In this document: in pieces, positions 38,205-50,480 of the stretch
Layout of the letters: every line of letters starts with the position of its first letter
Numbering within the stretch: the stretch's first letter is position 1
Source: Octopus sinensis
Lineage: Eukaryota
Length of the DNA: 64,000 nucleotides
Reading direction: 5' to 3'
Assembly: GCF_006345805.1 (NCBI RefSeq)
Contig: NC_043004.1
Span: 103,664,001-103,728,000 of the forward strand
Notes under the pieces: generated by a model
The model's input: only the letters and a program-made list of their open reading frames with translations
Database searches by the model: none
What the model was told of the DNA's origin: nothing
Position numbers and translations under genes: made by a program

Positions 38205-39258
38205 TTTTTTAATAATCCTTTCTACTATAGGCACAAGGCCTGAAATTTGTGGGGAGGAGATTAGTCGCTTACATCTGCTCCAGTGTTTTACTGGTGCTTG
38301 ATTTATCGACCCTGAAAAGATAAAAGTCAAAATCAACCTCGGCGGAATTTGAACTCAGAACGTAAAGAGGGACGAAATACTATTAAGCATTTTTCCCGGT
38401 GTGCTAACGATTCTGCCAGCTCGCCGCTCTAATATATTTTTTTAATAATCCTTTATACTGGAAGCGCAAGGCCTAAAATTTGGGGGAAGGGATTAAGTCG
38501 ATTACAATGACCCCCATTTATTTAGTCGACCCAGAAAGATAAAAGGCCAAGTCGACCCCGGTAGAATTTGAACTCAGAACATAGCGCAGATGAAATCGTT
38601 TTGCCCACGATTCTGCCAGCTCGCCGCCCTAACACATTTTTTTAATAATGCCTCCTTAAATAAGTTAATCAAACGACAATATTTTTTTCTACTCTAGGCA
38701 CAAGATCCGAAATTTTGGGGAGGGGTACTTAATTTATCGACCCCGAAAGGATGAAAGACAAAGTCGACCGCGAAGGAATTTGAACTCAGAACGTAAAGCA
38801 TTTCGCCCGGTGTGCTAACGATTCTGCCAGCTCGCCGCCCTAATATATTTTTTTGATATATATCCTACCTATTATAGGAACAAGGCCTGAAATTTGCGAG
38901 GAGAGGAGAAGTCGATAACATCGACCCCAGTGCGAAACTGGTACTTATTTAATCGACCCCGAAATTATGAAAGGCAAAGTTAACCGCGGCGGAATTCGAA
39001 CACAAAACGCAGCGGCAGACGAAATACCTATTTCTTTACTACCCACAAGGGGATAAACACAGAGGGGACAAACAAGGACAGACACACAGATTAACTCGAG
39101 TATATTGACCCCAGTGCGTAACTGGTACTTATTTAATCGACCCCGAAAGGATGAAAGGCAAAGTCGACCTCGGCGGAATTTGAACTCAGAACGTAACGGC
39201 AGACGAAATACGGCTACGCATTTCGCCCCGCGCGCTAACGATTATGCCAACTCGCCGC
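38205..39258 (-). mobile_element. Five co-oriented SINE B copies in tandem
   Basis: Repeated CTAACGATTCTGCCAGCTCGCCGC and GGAATTTGAACTCAGAAC. Confidence 0.9.
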
Positions 39259-39315
39259 GCTGTGCCATCTTAAATAAGTTAATCAAACGATGATATTGAG
39301 AAACGAAAACATTAA

Positions 39316-39714
39316 TCTTTATATGTAAAAGTGAGGTTGTGTGCTTTCTGTCTCCTACGATTTAGATTCCTAACCACTCCCACATTTTGCAGTGCAGTTT
39401 AACCAAAAGCGGGTATCTTATAGTCGTGATTCATATCGAGCCCTTCTGGGTATTAGCGCGCGTCTACGATGAGTCTACGATTTTAAAAATGATTTACCAT
39501 CAATTTTTCCCATTTTTTAATGCATTTTTGGCATATACAAGGGAAGTAACTCTCTAAAAATGTATTATTAAATCTCAGAACGTAAAAGGCTACAGTAACA
39601 CCCCCCCCCTTTGTGGTTAGCCATATTGAGATGGCTATTATACTTTACATCTCTAAAAATGCTTATATAGTTATTTCCCTTACAAACCCGAGCAACGCCG
39701 GGCGATACTGCTAG
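39316..39714 (+). mobile_element. Non-autonomous Helitron
   Basis: A|TC start, CCCGAGCAACGCCGGG hairpin about 10 bp before the terminal CTAG; sister copy at 60091. Confidence 0.85.
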
Positions 39715-39744
39715 CCTATAATAAAAATAACTTTATATATAATA

Positions 39745-39947
39745 GGTAGGGGATGCTAAAAAGTTTCTGGTTTTAAGGGTGTTTCGAGGCCCAACCTTCC
39801 GAGTTCTTTTACAGGGCTTAGAAAAAACTGAAGAACTTGCAATAAGTGTGAGATTCTGAGAGAGAAATATATTAAATAAAATCACAACTAACAGATTCTC
39901 CTGTATCTTCTTTTACCCAAAGCCAGGAACTTTTCAGCACCCCCTCG
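39745..39947 (+). mobile_element. Mariner-derived MITE
   Basis: Right TIR AAAGCCAGGAACTTTTCAGCACCCCCTCG. Confidence 0.85.
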
Positions 39948-39966
39948 TGTGTGTGTGTATATATAT

Positions 39967-42289
39967 TCTTTTATTCTTTTACTTGTTTCAGTCATTTGAC
40001 TGCGGCCATGCTGGAGCACCGCCTTTCGTCAAACAAATCGATCTCGGGACTTATTCTTTGTAAGCCTGTTACTTATTCTATCGGCATCTTTTGTCGAACC
40101 GCCAATTTACGGGGACGTAAACTCACCAGCATCGGTTGTCAAGTGATGGTGGGGGGACAAACACAGACACACAAATACATACATACATGCATACATGCAT
40201 CATACATACACACATACGTACGTACATACGTAATACATACACATATATATATGCATATACAACGGGCTTCTTTCAGTTTCCGTCTACCAAATCCACTCAC
40301 AAGGCTTTGGTTGGCCCAAGGCTATAGTAGAAGACACTTGCCCAAGGTGCCACGCAGTGGGACTGAACCCGGAACCATGTGGCTGGGAAGTAAGTTTCTT
40401 AGTACACAGCCACTCCATATGTATGTATTTGTGTACACCCCTCCCCCTCATACGCACATATATATATCTAACAAAGCAACTTTTGTTTGGTGAAGGTGCG
40501 GCCTTGGTGGTTAGGTTGTTACACTCATGATCGTACGACTGCGGTTTCAGTTCCTCAATCGGTCATGTTTCCTTAAGCAAAGCACTTCAAATTCCCGATG
40601 CCCTAGTTTACGTAACTGGCAGTTATGAGTAATCCAGCGTCAAGTTCAAGAAAGAAATATATGTGGGTCACAGAAAACGGGAAATCAGCCTTCTGTAGAA
40701 CCTTGCTCGCTTCTGTTCTTTCTTGTTTTCTTCTTTTTTTTTCTTTTTTTTTCTAGCTATTGCAGGTTTCAGCCATTTGACTGCGGCCATGCTGAAGCAC
40801 CGCCATGAAGAAATCATCCCCAGGACTTATTTTTTCAGGCCTAGAACTTATTCTATTTGTCTCTTTGTCGAACCGCTAACTTACAGGAACCTAAATACAA
40901 CAGCGGTTGTCAAGCGGTGGTGGTGATGGTGGGGGGACAAAGACAAACTCACACACACACATAGACGGTAGGCTTCTTTCAGTTTCCGTCTACTAAATCC
41001 ACACACAAAGCTTTGATCGGCTCGGGGCTATAATAGAAGACACTTGTCTATGGCGCCAAGCAGTGGGACTGAAACCAGAACGATATGGTTGTGAAGCAAG
41101 CTTCTTACCACACAGCCATGTCTAGGGTAGCCACGTAAAATTTGTAGAGCATTCTCTATTATTGTTGATTTCATTTTAATTACTCTTTTACTCTTTTACT
41201 TGTTTCAGTCATTTGACTGCGGCCACGCTGGAGCACCGCGTTTAGTCGAGCAAATCGACCCCGGGACTTATTCTTTGTAAGCCCAGTACTTATTCTATCG
41301 GCCTCTTTGGCCGAACCGTTAAGTGACGGGGACGTAAACACACCAGCATCGGTTGTCAAGCAATGCTAGGGACACACAGACACACAAACACACATATACA
41401 TACATATATATATATATACATATATACGACAGGCTTCTTTCAGTTTCCGTCTACCAAATCCACTCACAAGGCATTGGTCGACCCGGGGCTATAGCATAAG
41501 ACACTTGCCCAAGATGCCACGCAGTGGGACTGAACCCGGAACCATGTGGTTGGTTAGCAAGCTACTTACCACACAGCCACTCCTGCGCCTACTCTTACAC
41601 TTATGGTATAAGTTATATGTCCCAGAATCAAAAGACCGCCATAAAGAATCAAACATTCTAATCGAGCGTTTGCGATTAGGTTCTTTACAGAACTAAAGAA
41701 GTCGAAATTGTACGACAAAACTTTTTATTTATTTTGTAAAAGAAGCACAGGCACGACTGTGTGGTTAAACACGCTCGCTTTGTAACGAGGTGGATTCAGG
41801 TTCTGTTTTGAATCATTTACTTTTTTCCTCTGAAAAAGGGGTTGGTTTCTAGCAAAGATGCAAAGCTCCACCACTGGAATGTTAATAACGAAAACAATAG
41901 GCGCAGGCGTGGCTGTGCGGTAAGAAGTTTGCTTCCCAACCATATAGTTCCAGGTTCAGTCCCACTGCATGGTATCTTGGGCAACTGTCTTCTACTATAG
42001 CTTCGAGCCGACCAAAATCTTGTGAGTGAATTTGGTTGACGGAAATTGAAAGAAGCCTGTCGTAGAAATATATATGTATTTGTGTGTCTGTATTTGGCCC
42101 CCTACCATCGCTTGAGAACCGATGTTGGTGTGTTTACGACACCCGTAACTTAGCGGTTCGGCAAAAGAGAACGATATAATATGTACTAGGCTTACAAAGA
42201 ATAAGTCCTCGTGTTGATTTGTTCGACTAAAGGCGGTTCTCCAGCATGGCCGCAGTCAAATGACTTAAACAAGTAAAAGAATAAAAGAA
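39967..42289. mobile_element. Four SINE family A copies (39967-40416 -, 40750-41120 -, 41181-41591 -, 41898-42289 +)
   Basis: Each aligns to the family A head, body and tail. Confidence 0.9.
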
Positions 42290-42581
42290 TGTCACATTTT
42301 AAACTTGAGAAAAGTTTCGCATAGTTTTACTGTTCCGCTTACAGATTGTATTTGAAATGTGCGAGTCAGCTGATTTCTCTTTCTGAAAATCCAAGCTTAT
42401 CCAGACTGACAGTTAGGCATTTACTTACGAAGCCAAGTGCTCCAATTATTATTGCTATATATATATATGTTTGTGTTTGTTATTATTCAGTTTATTTCAA
42501 GATTTCTTGCCAATAAAAAAAGAACCGGTTTCTAACTTAGATCCAAGGCTCCTTCATTGAAATTTCAACATCAACAACAGG

Positions 42582-42583
<2 letters not shown>

Positions 42584-42612
<29 letters not shown>

Positions 42613-42767
42613 TGTATGTATGTATGTATGTATGTATGTATGTATGTATGTATGTATGTATGTATGTATGTATGTATGTATGTATGTATGTTGTATGTAT
42701 GTATGTATGTATGTATGTATGTATGTATGTATGTATGTATGTATGTATGTATGTATGTATGTATGTG
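42584..42767. repeat. (TATG)n microsatellite
   Basis: Directly visible. Confidence 0.97.
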
Positions 42768-43020
42768 GTAGCATGGAATCCCGTACAGCCTGTTGCATGA
42801 TCGGGTTGTCGGTGACTAAACCGGCACCCCCACCAGACTACCCTGGTGAGGAGGGTTGCTAGAAACCCAGCAAGATTAAAAACAAGACCATTTGAAAGGT
42901 TGGCTGAACCTAATGCAAGCTCAACGGCTATCTCGTAATAGCACGGGTACGCAAAAATGCCGGGATGGTGTCCGGCGTGCTGGAAGACCACTTGGAGGGA
43001 AGTACCTATCAGCTACATAA
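42768..43020 (+). mobile_element. GC-richer segment resembling an RTE-type LINE 5' UTR
   Basis: CACCCCCACCAGACTACCCTGGTGAGGAGGG..AAAAACAAGACC resembles recalled RTE 5' ends; not verified. Confidence 0.3.
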
Positions 43021-43358
43021 TACCGTGATGACATTTTCATACAGCTTCTTATGATGTGGGTGATATCTTCAGTGTGAACTCCACAAAGTCTGCATCAGTT
43101 GTCACATTTTACTGCTTCTCCTGCATCTCCATCCCTTTTACGCATCAGGTACTTGGTTGATATTTCCTGTTCCTGGATTGCAAATGCATACCCTTCAGAG
43201 TGGGAGTTAGTAATCCGGCTCTTGGTCCATGATAAACTACTTTGATGATCGATGTTACTATCATCACGTAGCTTTCTACTAACAGCCATGCATAGTCTTC
43301 TGCTCACACAGACTCATTCTTTCATCTGATGATAGGTTGCGGTAGACTTCTTTGGGCA
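43020..43358 (-). mobile_element. Internal fragment of an R4-clade LINE
   Basis: SWTKSRITNSHSEGYAFAIQEQEISTKYL...CRLCGVHTEDITHIIRSC (CCHC knuckle) with an in-frame stop. Confidence 0.8.
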
Positions 43359-44579
43359 TGTATGTATGTATGTATGTATGTATGTATGTATGTATGTATG
43401 TATGTATGTATGTATGTATGTATGTATCTTCTATTTTTTGATTATTATAAATCTTCCACTGAGGAGGGAGCCGGTTTCCAACAAAGATACAAGGCTCTAT
43501 CTTTTGGATGTAGTTAACACAGACAAATTCACATTTGGAACTTGAGAAAAGCTTTGCATATTTTTACTGTTCCACTTACAGATTGCACTTGTAATGTATG
43601 AATTGTAATGTATGTGTATATACCCTAACAAAACTTAGTGCATATGTATGCATGTATAAAATAGAAAGAGAGGCGGAGTACTTCATTATCAGACTAGTCC
43701 TTAATTCTTTAAGATGTTTGGGTGTTACTTTTAAGCCATTTGGCTGCTGTTTGTAACAGGTCAAGTGATGAAGTTTATCTATGCGGTTAAGAAGTTCGCT
43801 TCACCATTATGCGTTTCCCGGTTCAGACTTTCGAACGAACAGTACTCAATAATATTTATATTGGGCCTCGCACAAAAACAACAGTTGCTTGAACTTGAAG
43901 AATTTCTTCATTATAGAAAAAATGGTATTTACGTTCATGTATGATCCGAGGTGTGTTTGTGTGTGTTTGTGTGTATTTGTGTGTGTGCGCGCGCTTGTGT
44001 GTGGTGAGGTGGAGGTGGAAGGTCTCCTTTTGAAAGATAAATAAGGTTTGCGTTTTTGTTATCGCTAAAGGCTGTCATCTTGTGACGTCGCCAATGTACG
44101 TACGGCTTTATAAATGATCTTAATTAACGCAAATATTGGATGTCTGGGTGGCTGAGAGTAGCTGATATTATTAGTAAGAGAACAGAATGTTGAGGTATAA
44201 AATATGCAGAAGTGTGGAGAGTTGTGACAGCGACAAAGCGACAAGGATTTAATGGAAGCTTTCAGGAAATGGAGAGTAGAGTCGGGTGATTACAGATCTC
44301 CGAACGATAGCGATTTTTTTAATTGTTGTTGTTGTGGTGCTTTTTTTTCTTTCTTTTGGATATTCCTGGCACTGTCATTTCTATGGTCAATATTGTTGCC
44401 ATTGCTATGGTTGCTTGCTATTGTTGTCTTTCAATTAGCCTAAGCTGACGCACCAACATAGATCTGTTCTGAAATGTCACTCTTCTCTTTTGTCAAATCT
44501 CAGGTTACAACTGAAACGCTTCACTAGCCGTGAAATTACCTGCCTGCCATTGATTGTGTATGTGTGTTAGTGCACAGTT

Positions 44580-44741
44580 ATATATATATACACATACATA
44601 CATACTTATATATATATATATATACATATATATACATATACATGCGCACACGTCTGCGTGTGCATGTGTATGTGTATATACCCTAAGTTTCGCTAACATC
44701 TTCCATGTATCGTTCCCCCTATCTCTTTATCTCTCTCTCTT

Positions 44742-44828
<87 letters not shown>

Positions 44829-44920
44829 TATGTATATACATATATATATATACATATATATATACATATATATATATATACATATATATTATATATATAT
44901 ACATACACACACACACACAC

Positions 44921-44980
<60 letters not shown>
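44580..44980. repeat. Compound (TA)n/(CA)n microsatellites
   Basis: Directly visible. Confidence 0.9.
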
Positions 44981-44981
<1 letters not shown>

Positions 44982-45319
44982 AGCGCCCTGTTCTCTGTCA
45001 CTTCTTATCACACACTTCAATGGAGATGATACTATTGTTTGCTCCTCCTTAACCTTTCTCACCCAGGCGTCATCCATATCCTATCCCAACCATCACCTAC
45101 ACCAAAGACACACTGCTTCCATGAATAAGGATTTCGAAGACAACAGCTTTCAATGGGGCGGCGGACATGAAATGTTTTCAGCAACCCGAAACAATCAGGG
45201 TGTGTATGAAAGAAACAGCTTCTTCCTATATATGAACAATACACAAATGATGCACTAAAGTGGCTACCAAAGTTAGGTCTCACTATTTCTGATTACCTCA
45301 TGGTGATCTCTCAGATCTC

Positions 45320-45327
45320 TCCCTCTT

Positions 45328-45358
<31 letters not shown>

Positions 45359-45371
45359 TTTTATCTATCTA

Positions 45372-45402
<31 letters not shown>

Positions 45403-45452
45403 GTCTATCTATCTATCTATCTATCTATCTTCTATCTATCTATCTATCTATC

Positions 45453-45502
<50 letters not shown>

Positions 45503-45534
45503 ATGTCTGTCTGTCTGTCTGTCTGTCTGTCTGC

Positions 45535-45620
<86 letters not shown>

Positions 45621-45656
45621 CTATCTGTCTGCCTGTCTGTCTGTCTGCCTGTCTGC

Positions 45657-45718
<62 letters not shown>

Positions 45719-45800
45719 GTCGATCTGTCTGTCTGTCTGCCTGTCTGTCTCTGCTTGTCTGCCTGCCTGTCTCTCAGTCTGTCTGTCTACCTATCTATCT
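45320..45800. repeat. Compound (CT)n/(TATC)n/(TGTC)n microsatellite
   Basis: Directly visible. Confidence 0.95.
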
Positions 45801-45901
45801 ATATGAATATCGATACCTACATACATACATACTAACACACACACACGCACACACATGCTCGCACACATACACACATGCACACACATACTCACACTTACAC
45901 A

Positions 45902-46110
45902 CGAGGGGCTACTGAAAGGTTCCTAGTTTTAGGTAAAAGAATATACAAGAGGATAAGTTAATTATCCAGCATAATCCCCTCTCTCAGATTCACACACTTA
46001 TTGCAGCAGCCCTTCAATAATTCTAAGCCCTGCAAGAGGACTCGAAAGATTGGGCCACCAACCAGGCCTTTCGCGACACCCTTAATGCCAGGAACTTTTC
46101 AGTACTCTCA
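45902..46110 (-). mobile_element. Mariner-derived MITE, inverted orientation
   Basis: Both TIRs recognisable; body is the reverse complement of the 27666 copy. Confidence 0.8.
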
Positions 46111-46120
46111 TATATATATA

Positions 46121-46292
46121 AATACAAACTGGGACAAGAACGCAAAACATTTAGAAGACGATACAAAAAACACGGACGGGACATTCGAAGCCTTCGATCT
46201 TCAGTCAAGAACCGGATCATCCTCGCAATTTCGGCTGATTAATCTTGAGATTGCTCCGATCTGGCCAGCTCCAAAGGAAAATCTAAGCCAAG
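46121..46292 (-). mobile_element. Probable Penelope-like terminal remnant ending at (TA)n
   Basis: Decayed CTGAAGA..CGAA motif and (TA)n junction as in the other PLE remnants. Confidence 0.4.
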
Positions 46293-48068
46293 CGCATTAG
46301 ATTCCTTGGAATCTAATGCGTAGAAGAAACTTGCCCAAGGTGCCACGCAGTGGGACTGAACCCGGAACCATGTGGTTCGTAAGCAAGCTACTTACCACAC
46401 AGCCACTCCTACGCCTATTATCTTAATTCTCTTTGAGAATATAAAAGACAAATTTCGATGGGATAAAATAAATAAGACAAGGTATAAGGTAAATTTGCCT
46501 CTTCAATTTTCCTGAATTACATTTGAAAAAGACTCATACACGTTAATATCCAGAAAGATCAGAAAAGCAACAAAAATTCAAAATATCTAGGTCAAATGAA
46601 AGAGGACCATGAAAAAATGGCATGTGAGCTGAAACTAACGAAACTCAACTAAATCTAAGGACTCAACATAAAACATTCTCTACAGCTTCTTCACGATCTA
46701 CTGTGGTGGTTGAAATTATTGAAATCAGTTATTACTCCAATTTTTCCCCAATTTAGACGTAATTTTTTGAAAATTGACAATTATCATATAAGACATTAGC
46801 GTGGGAAAAATTGACTTGGAATCCAATAGAGAAAAGAATAATGATTATTAAACACACAAAAAATAATCCAGATATTTCATTAACAACCTTAATTACAATC
46901 GCCTCAAAGTTGAGGAAAAGTTTCTTGAAAAAACAAAAGGACCTGACTGTGATCCAAACTCTCTCTCAACTTCAATAACAAGAGCTATGGTAATTAATCT
47001 TTGCTCCCGAAGATAATACAACTGTACAAAATGATGGTGTAATACCTGCAATGCGGTAATTTCAAGCAGGTAGAGAGAAAATATCGAGAAATCAGAAATT
47101 ACTCATTTTGCCCCAGTTACTAATTCTCCATCCCCATTTTTTCATTTTACTCTTCCGTCATCATCAAAAATATTTCATAGCTTTGTTACTCTACTACAAA
47201 GACAAAAGCAGTTTGAATTAGGAAAAGGCAGAGCAATGATTTATAACTCCCACATCCATTCGTATTTTATGATATGAGTGTTGAATCTAGTAATATCGCT
47301 CGGAATTTCCTGTCAACGATGTTTTCCTATTTAACTTTTAAGCTGTTCAATTTAAATGTTAATTATAGTTGCATGAGAAATAACGCAATTCAAATGATCT
47401 ATTGTAACAGAAGTAGATGGACTAAAATAAATCAACTACCAAAATGATATAGCATCACCAGGTTCCGTTCAATGCCATACGCTTGTGTAAAGAGCTAAAG
47501 TAACATCCTATATCCATAGATAGTATGGAACTGAATTACAAGGGCTCTCAAAATGAAAACGGATTTTTACAAGTGCTTGCAGACCATACAGCATGGGCCT
47601 GCTGGCGATCGAATAACTTTGACCTTCAGTCTAACAATAATCACATCAGTCTAGGTCAGTTAATCATCGGTCTACACGTGCTAGAGTAAAACAGATATTA
47701 AGTACACCCGGCAGTTATTGTTAAATCCAAAACTAAAGATTTCGAAGGGCCGCGTGTAAAATTCTGTTTCAATTTTTTGCTTTTATCTTTTACCTGTTTC
47801 AGTCATTAGACTGCGGTCATGCTGGGGCACCGACTTGAAGAACTTTTAGTCAAATGCATCAACAACAGTACTTTTTGTTTAGCCTGGCACTTATTCTATC
47901 GGTATCTCTTACCGAACCACTAGGTTACTAGGGTATATAAACACAGCACAGCAACACCGGTTGTCAAGCGGTGTGAGTGACAAACACAGGCACAGATACA
48001 CACACACACACACACACCACACTCTCTCTCTTTCTCTCTCTCTCTCACACACAGACACACAGACACAC

Positions 48069-48120
<52 letters not shown>

Positions 48121-48256
48121 GTACACAGATATATATGAGAGGGTGCTGAAAAGTTCCTGGCTTTAAGGCTGTCGCAAAAGGCCTTGTTGGTGGTCCGACC
48201 TTCCGAGTTCTTTTGCAGGGCTTAATGAAACGGTCATGATGGGTTGATTAGTAAGA

Positions 48257-48470
48257 TTGGTGATCGTGGTTTTTGAACCCACGCCAGCCTCAATCGACCT
48301 GACGTATGTGCAAAGGTAATCCAGTGATCATTCTGTCGCATTTCAAGAACAGAGCACACAATATCCTTCCTGGAAGTTGTTATTCGCAAACAGCAGCAGT
48401 AATTTTCTTCAGCTGAATACACATCGTTGATTGGTTAAAATTACCCAAATACGACAACTTTATCACGAAA
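48257..48470 (+). repeat. Direct duplicate of 49741-49951
   Basis: About 214 bp, near-identical (few substitutions, one 1-bp indel). Confidence 0.95.
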
Positions 48471-48837
48471 CTAGCAGTATCGCCCGGCGTTGCTCAGGTT
48501 TGTAAGGGAAATAACTATAAAGCATTTTTAGAGAGTTATAGCCAAAAAATGGAAAAAAAATGATGGTAAATTTTTTTTGAGAGTAAAAAAAGGTGGAGTT
48601 GCGTCCTCTAGACGGTTTATGTTTCTGATTCTCGACCCCATGTCGAATTTATCGATTTTTTTCAGAACTGGGGGAACTTTTCAAAATTTTCGCTGCGTTA
48701 GTTTTGAATTATGACATTGGGCTAGGTGTGTGTCAACTTTCATCAGAATCGGTTGAAAGCCGTGGTCAGGGTGAGGGTACAAGCAAACAGACACACAGAA
48801 ACACGCACAGACAAACTGCCGTTTATATAGAGAGAGA
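48471..48837 (-). mobile_element. Non-autonomous Helitron (second subfamily)
   Basis: Minus strand: A|TCTCTC start and CCTGAGCAACGCCGGG..CTAG|T end; 3' end shared with the 39316 and 60091 copies. Confidence 0.85.
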
Positions 48838-48946
48838 TAATTGTTATGGCTGGTCTATTATTTTCACATACGTCTTTAGTGGTTCTCCAAAATTGGCCAA
48901 TGCAGGGGTTCCCCTTCAATTCGTTTGATTTGCTCTCTTTCTATTG

Positions 48947-49166
48947 CATTCTCTTTTACTCTTTTACTTGTTTCAGTCATTTGACTGCGGCCATGCTGGA
49001 GCACCGCCTTTAGTCGAGCAAATCGACCCCAGGACTTATTCTTTTGTAAGCCTAGTACTTATTCTATCGTTTTCTTTTGCCGACCCGCTAAGTTACAGGG
49101 ACGTAAACACACCACCATCGGTTGTCAAGCGATGTTGGGGGGACAAACACAGAGATACAAACATAT

Positions 49167-49256
<90 letters not shown>

Positions 49257-49400
49257 GACGAGCTTCTTTCAGTTTCCGTCTACGAAATCCACTCACAACG
49301 GTTTGGTCGGCCCGAGGCTATAGTAAAAGACACTTGCCCAAGGTACCACGCAGTGGGACTGAACCCAGAAACATGTGGTTGGTAAAGCAAGCTACTTATG
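48947..49400 (-). mobile_element. SINE family A with expanded internal (CA)n(TA)n
   Basis: Aligns to family A. Confidence 0.9.
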
Positions 49401-49672
49401 TATGCATCTGTGTTTTTATATCTCACTTTCTTTCTCTCCCTCCCCCTCTCTCGCTCTCTCACTTTCTTTCTCTCTCCCCTCTCTCTCTCTCCCCCCTCTC
49501 TCTCTCTTTTCTCTCTTTTTTCTCTCTCTCTCTCCTCCTCTCTCTTCAGTTAAGTAAATGTGCTTTAGATACCGACCATCCCACGCCTCGCCGTGCGTAC
49601 GTGAGTGTTAACACGACAGTAGCCTTACTCTATCTCGTCTGGTAGCACTGATAAAACATAGCCATTCTGTCA

Positions 49673-49682
49673 GTGACGTCAC
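49673..49682. promoter_or_regulatory. Perfect CRE/ATF palindrome GTGACGTCAC in a CpG-rich stretch just upstream of a candidate first exon
   Basis: Motif is visible; function is inferred. Confidence 0.3.
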
Positions 49683-49699
49683 AGCAGATGTCAATTGTC

Positions 49700-49800
49700 A
49701 TGAGTAACAACCAAAATATGTTCTTGGTTTTATTACTGTTTTGGTGATCGTGGTTTTTGAACCCACGGCCAGCCTCAATCGACCTGACGTATGTTCAAAG
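49700..49800 (+). CDS. Candidate first coding exon of a secreted or membrane protein, with a 1-nt frameshift (MSNNQNMFLV[F]ITVLVIVVFEPTASLNRPDVCSK)
   Basis: ATG at 49700/49718, hydrophobic core, small-residue cleavage-like site, strong donor AAG|GTAATC at 49800; needs +1 T in the T4 run at 49728-49731 to be in frame. Confidence 0.4.
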
Positions 49801-50480
49801 GTAATCCAGTGATCATTCTGTCGCATTTCAAGAACAGGGCACACAATATCCTTCCTGGAAGTTGTTGTTCGCAAACAGCAGCAGTAATTTTCTTCAGCTG
49901 AATACACATCGTTGATTGGTTAAAATTACCCAAATACGACAACTTTATCACGAAATAACTTCTAAAATACAAAATTTTGTCCAAAACGTTAAGAGTAAAC
50001 CCTGTTCTACACGATACATTCTACCAGAATCGGAAGTTTCAAGGGGTTTAATTAAAAAAAAATGAATTAAAAAATCTGTACGTCAAATTGAATAGATCCG
50101 TAACGATATTGTGTGCTTTATTTCCTAAGATGGTAATGGCGCGGTTTGGAGAAGAATTGGTTGCTATTTCTAGCAGTTCGAGAGATACGCGATGAGGTGC
50201 CCTCAAATCCGCGTAACTGGTGGAGACGAGAGCGATGGGGTGATCAGCCCCGAGCAGTGCTTCGGTAGGATTGGTACTTTCGGGTCTGTTGTAAAAGTTT
50301 GTAAATGGGGTAGAGGACAGCAAACTAAAGGGCCGCTCCAAGTGGAACACATTCTAGCTACGCTACTGGTCCCTTATAGTGATGCCGTGTTTCTGTCATA
50401 GTTATCATTGTTCAGATCAAACTGATCTAGAATTTACTTTGCAGGATTGAAATCACAGATGAAACTATAACGATGTGACA

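Noticed and set aside
46170-46215. Third hammerhead (minus strand CUGAAGA..UUCGAAUGUC)
   Set aside because: GAAAC core is damaged and no stem I pairing was found; at best a decayed relic.
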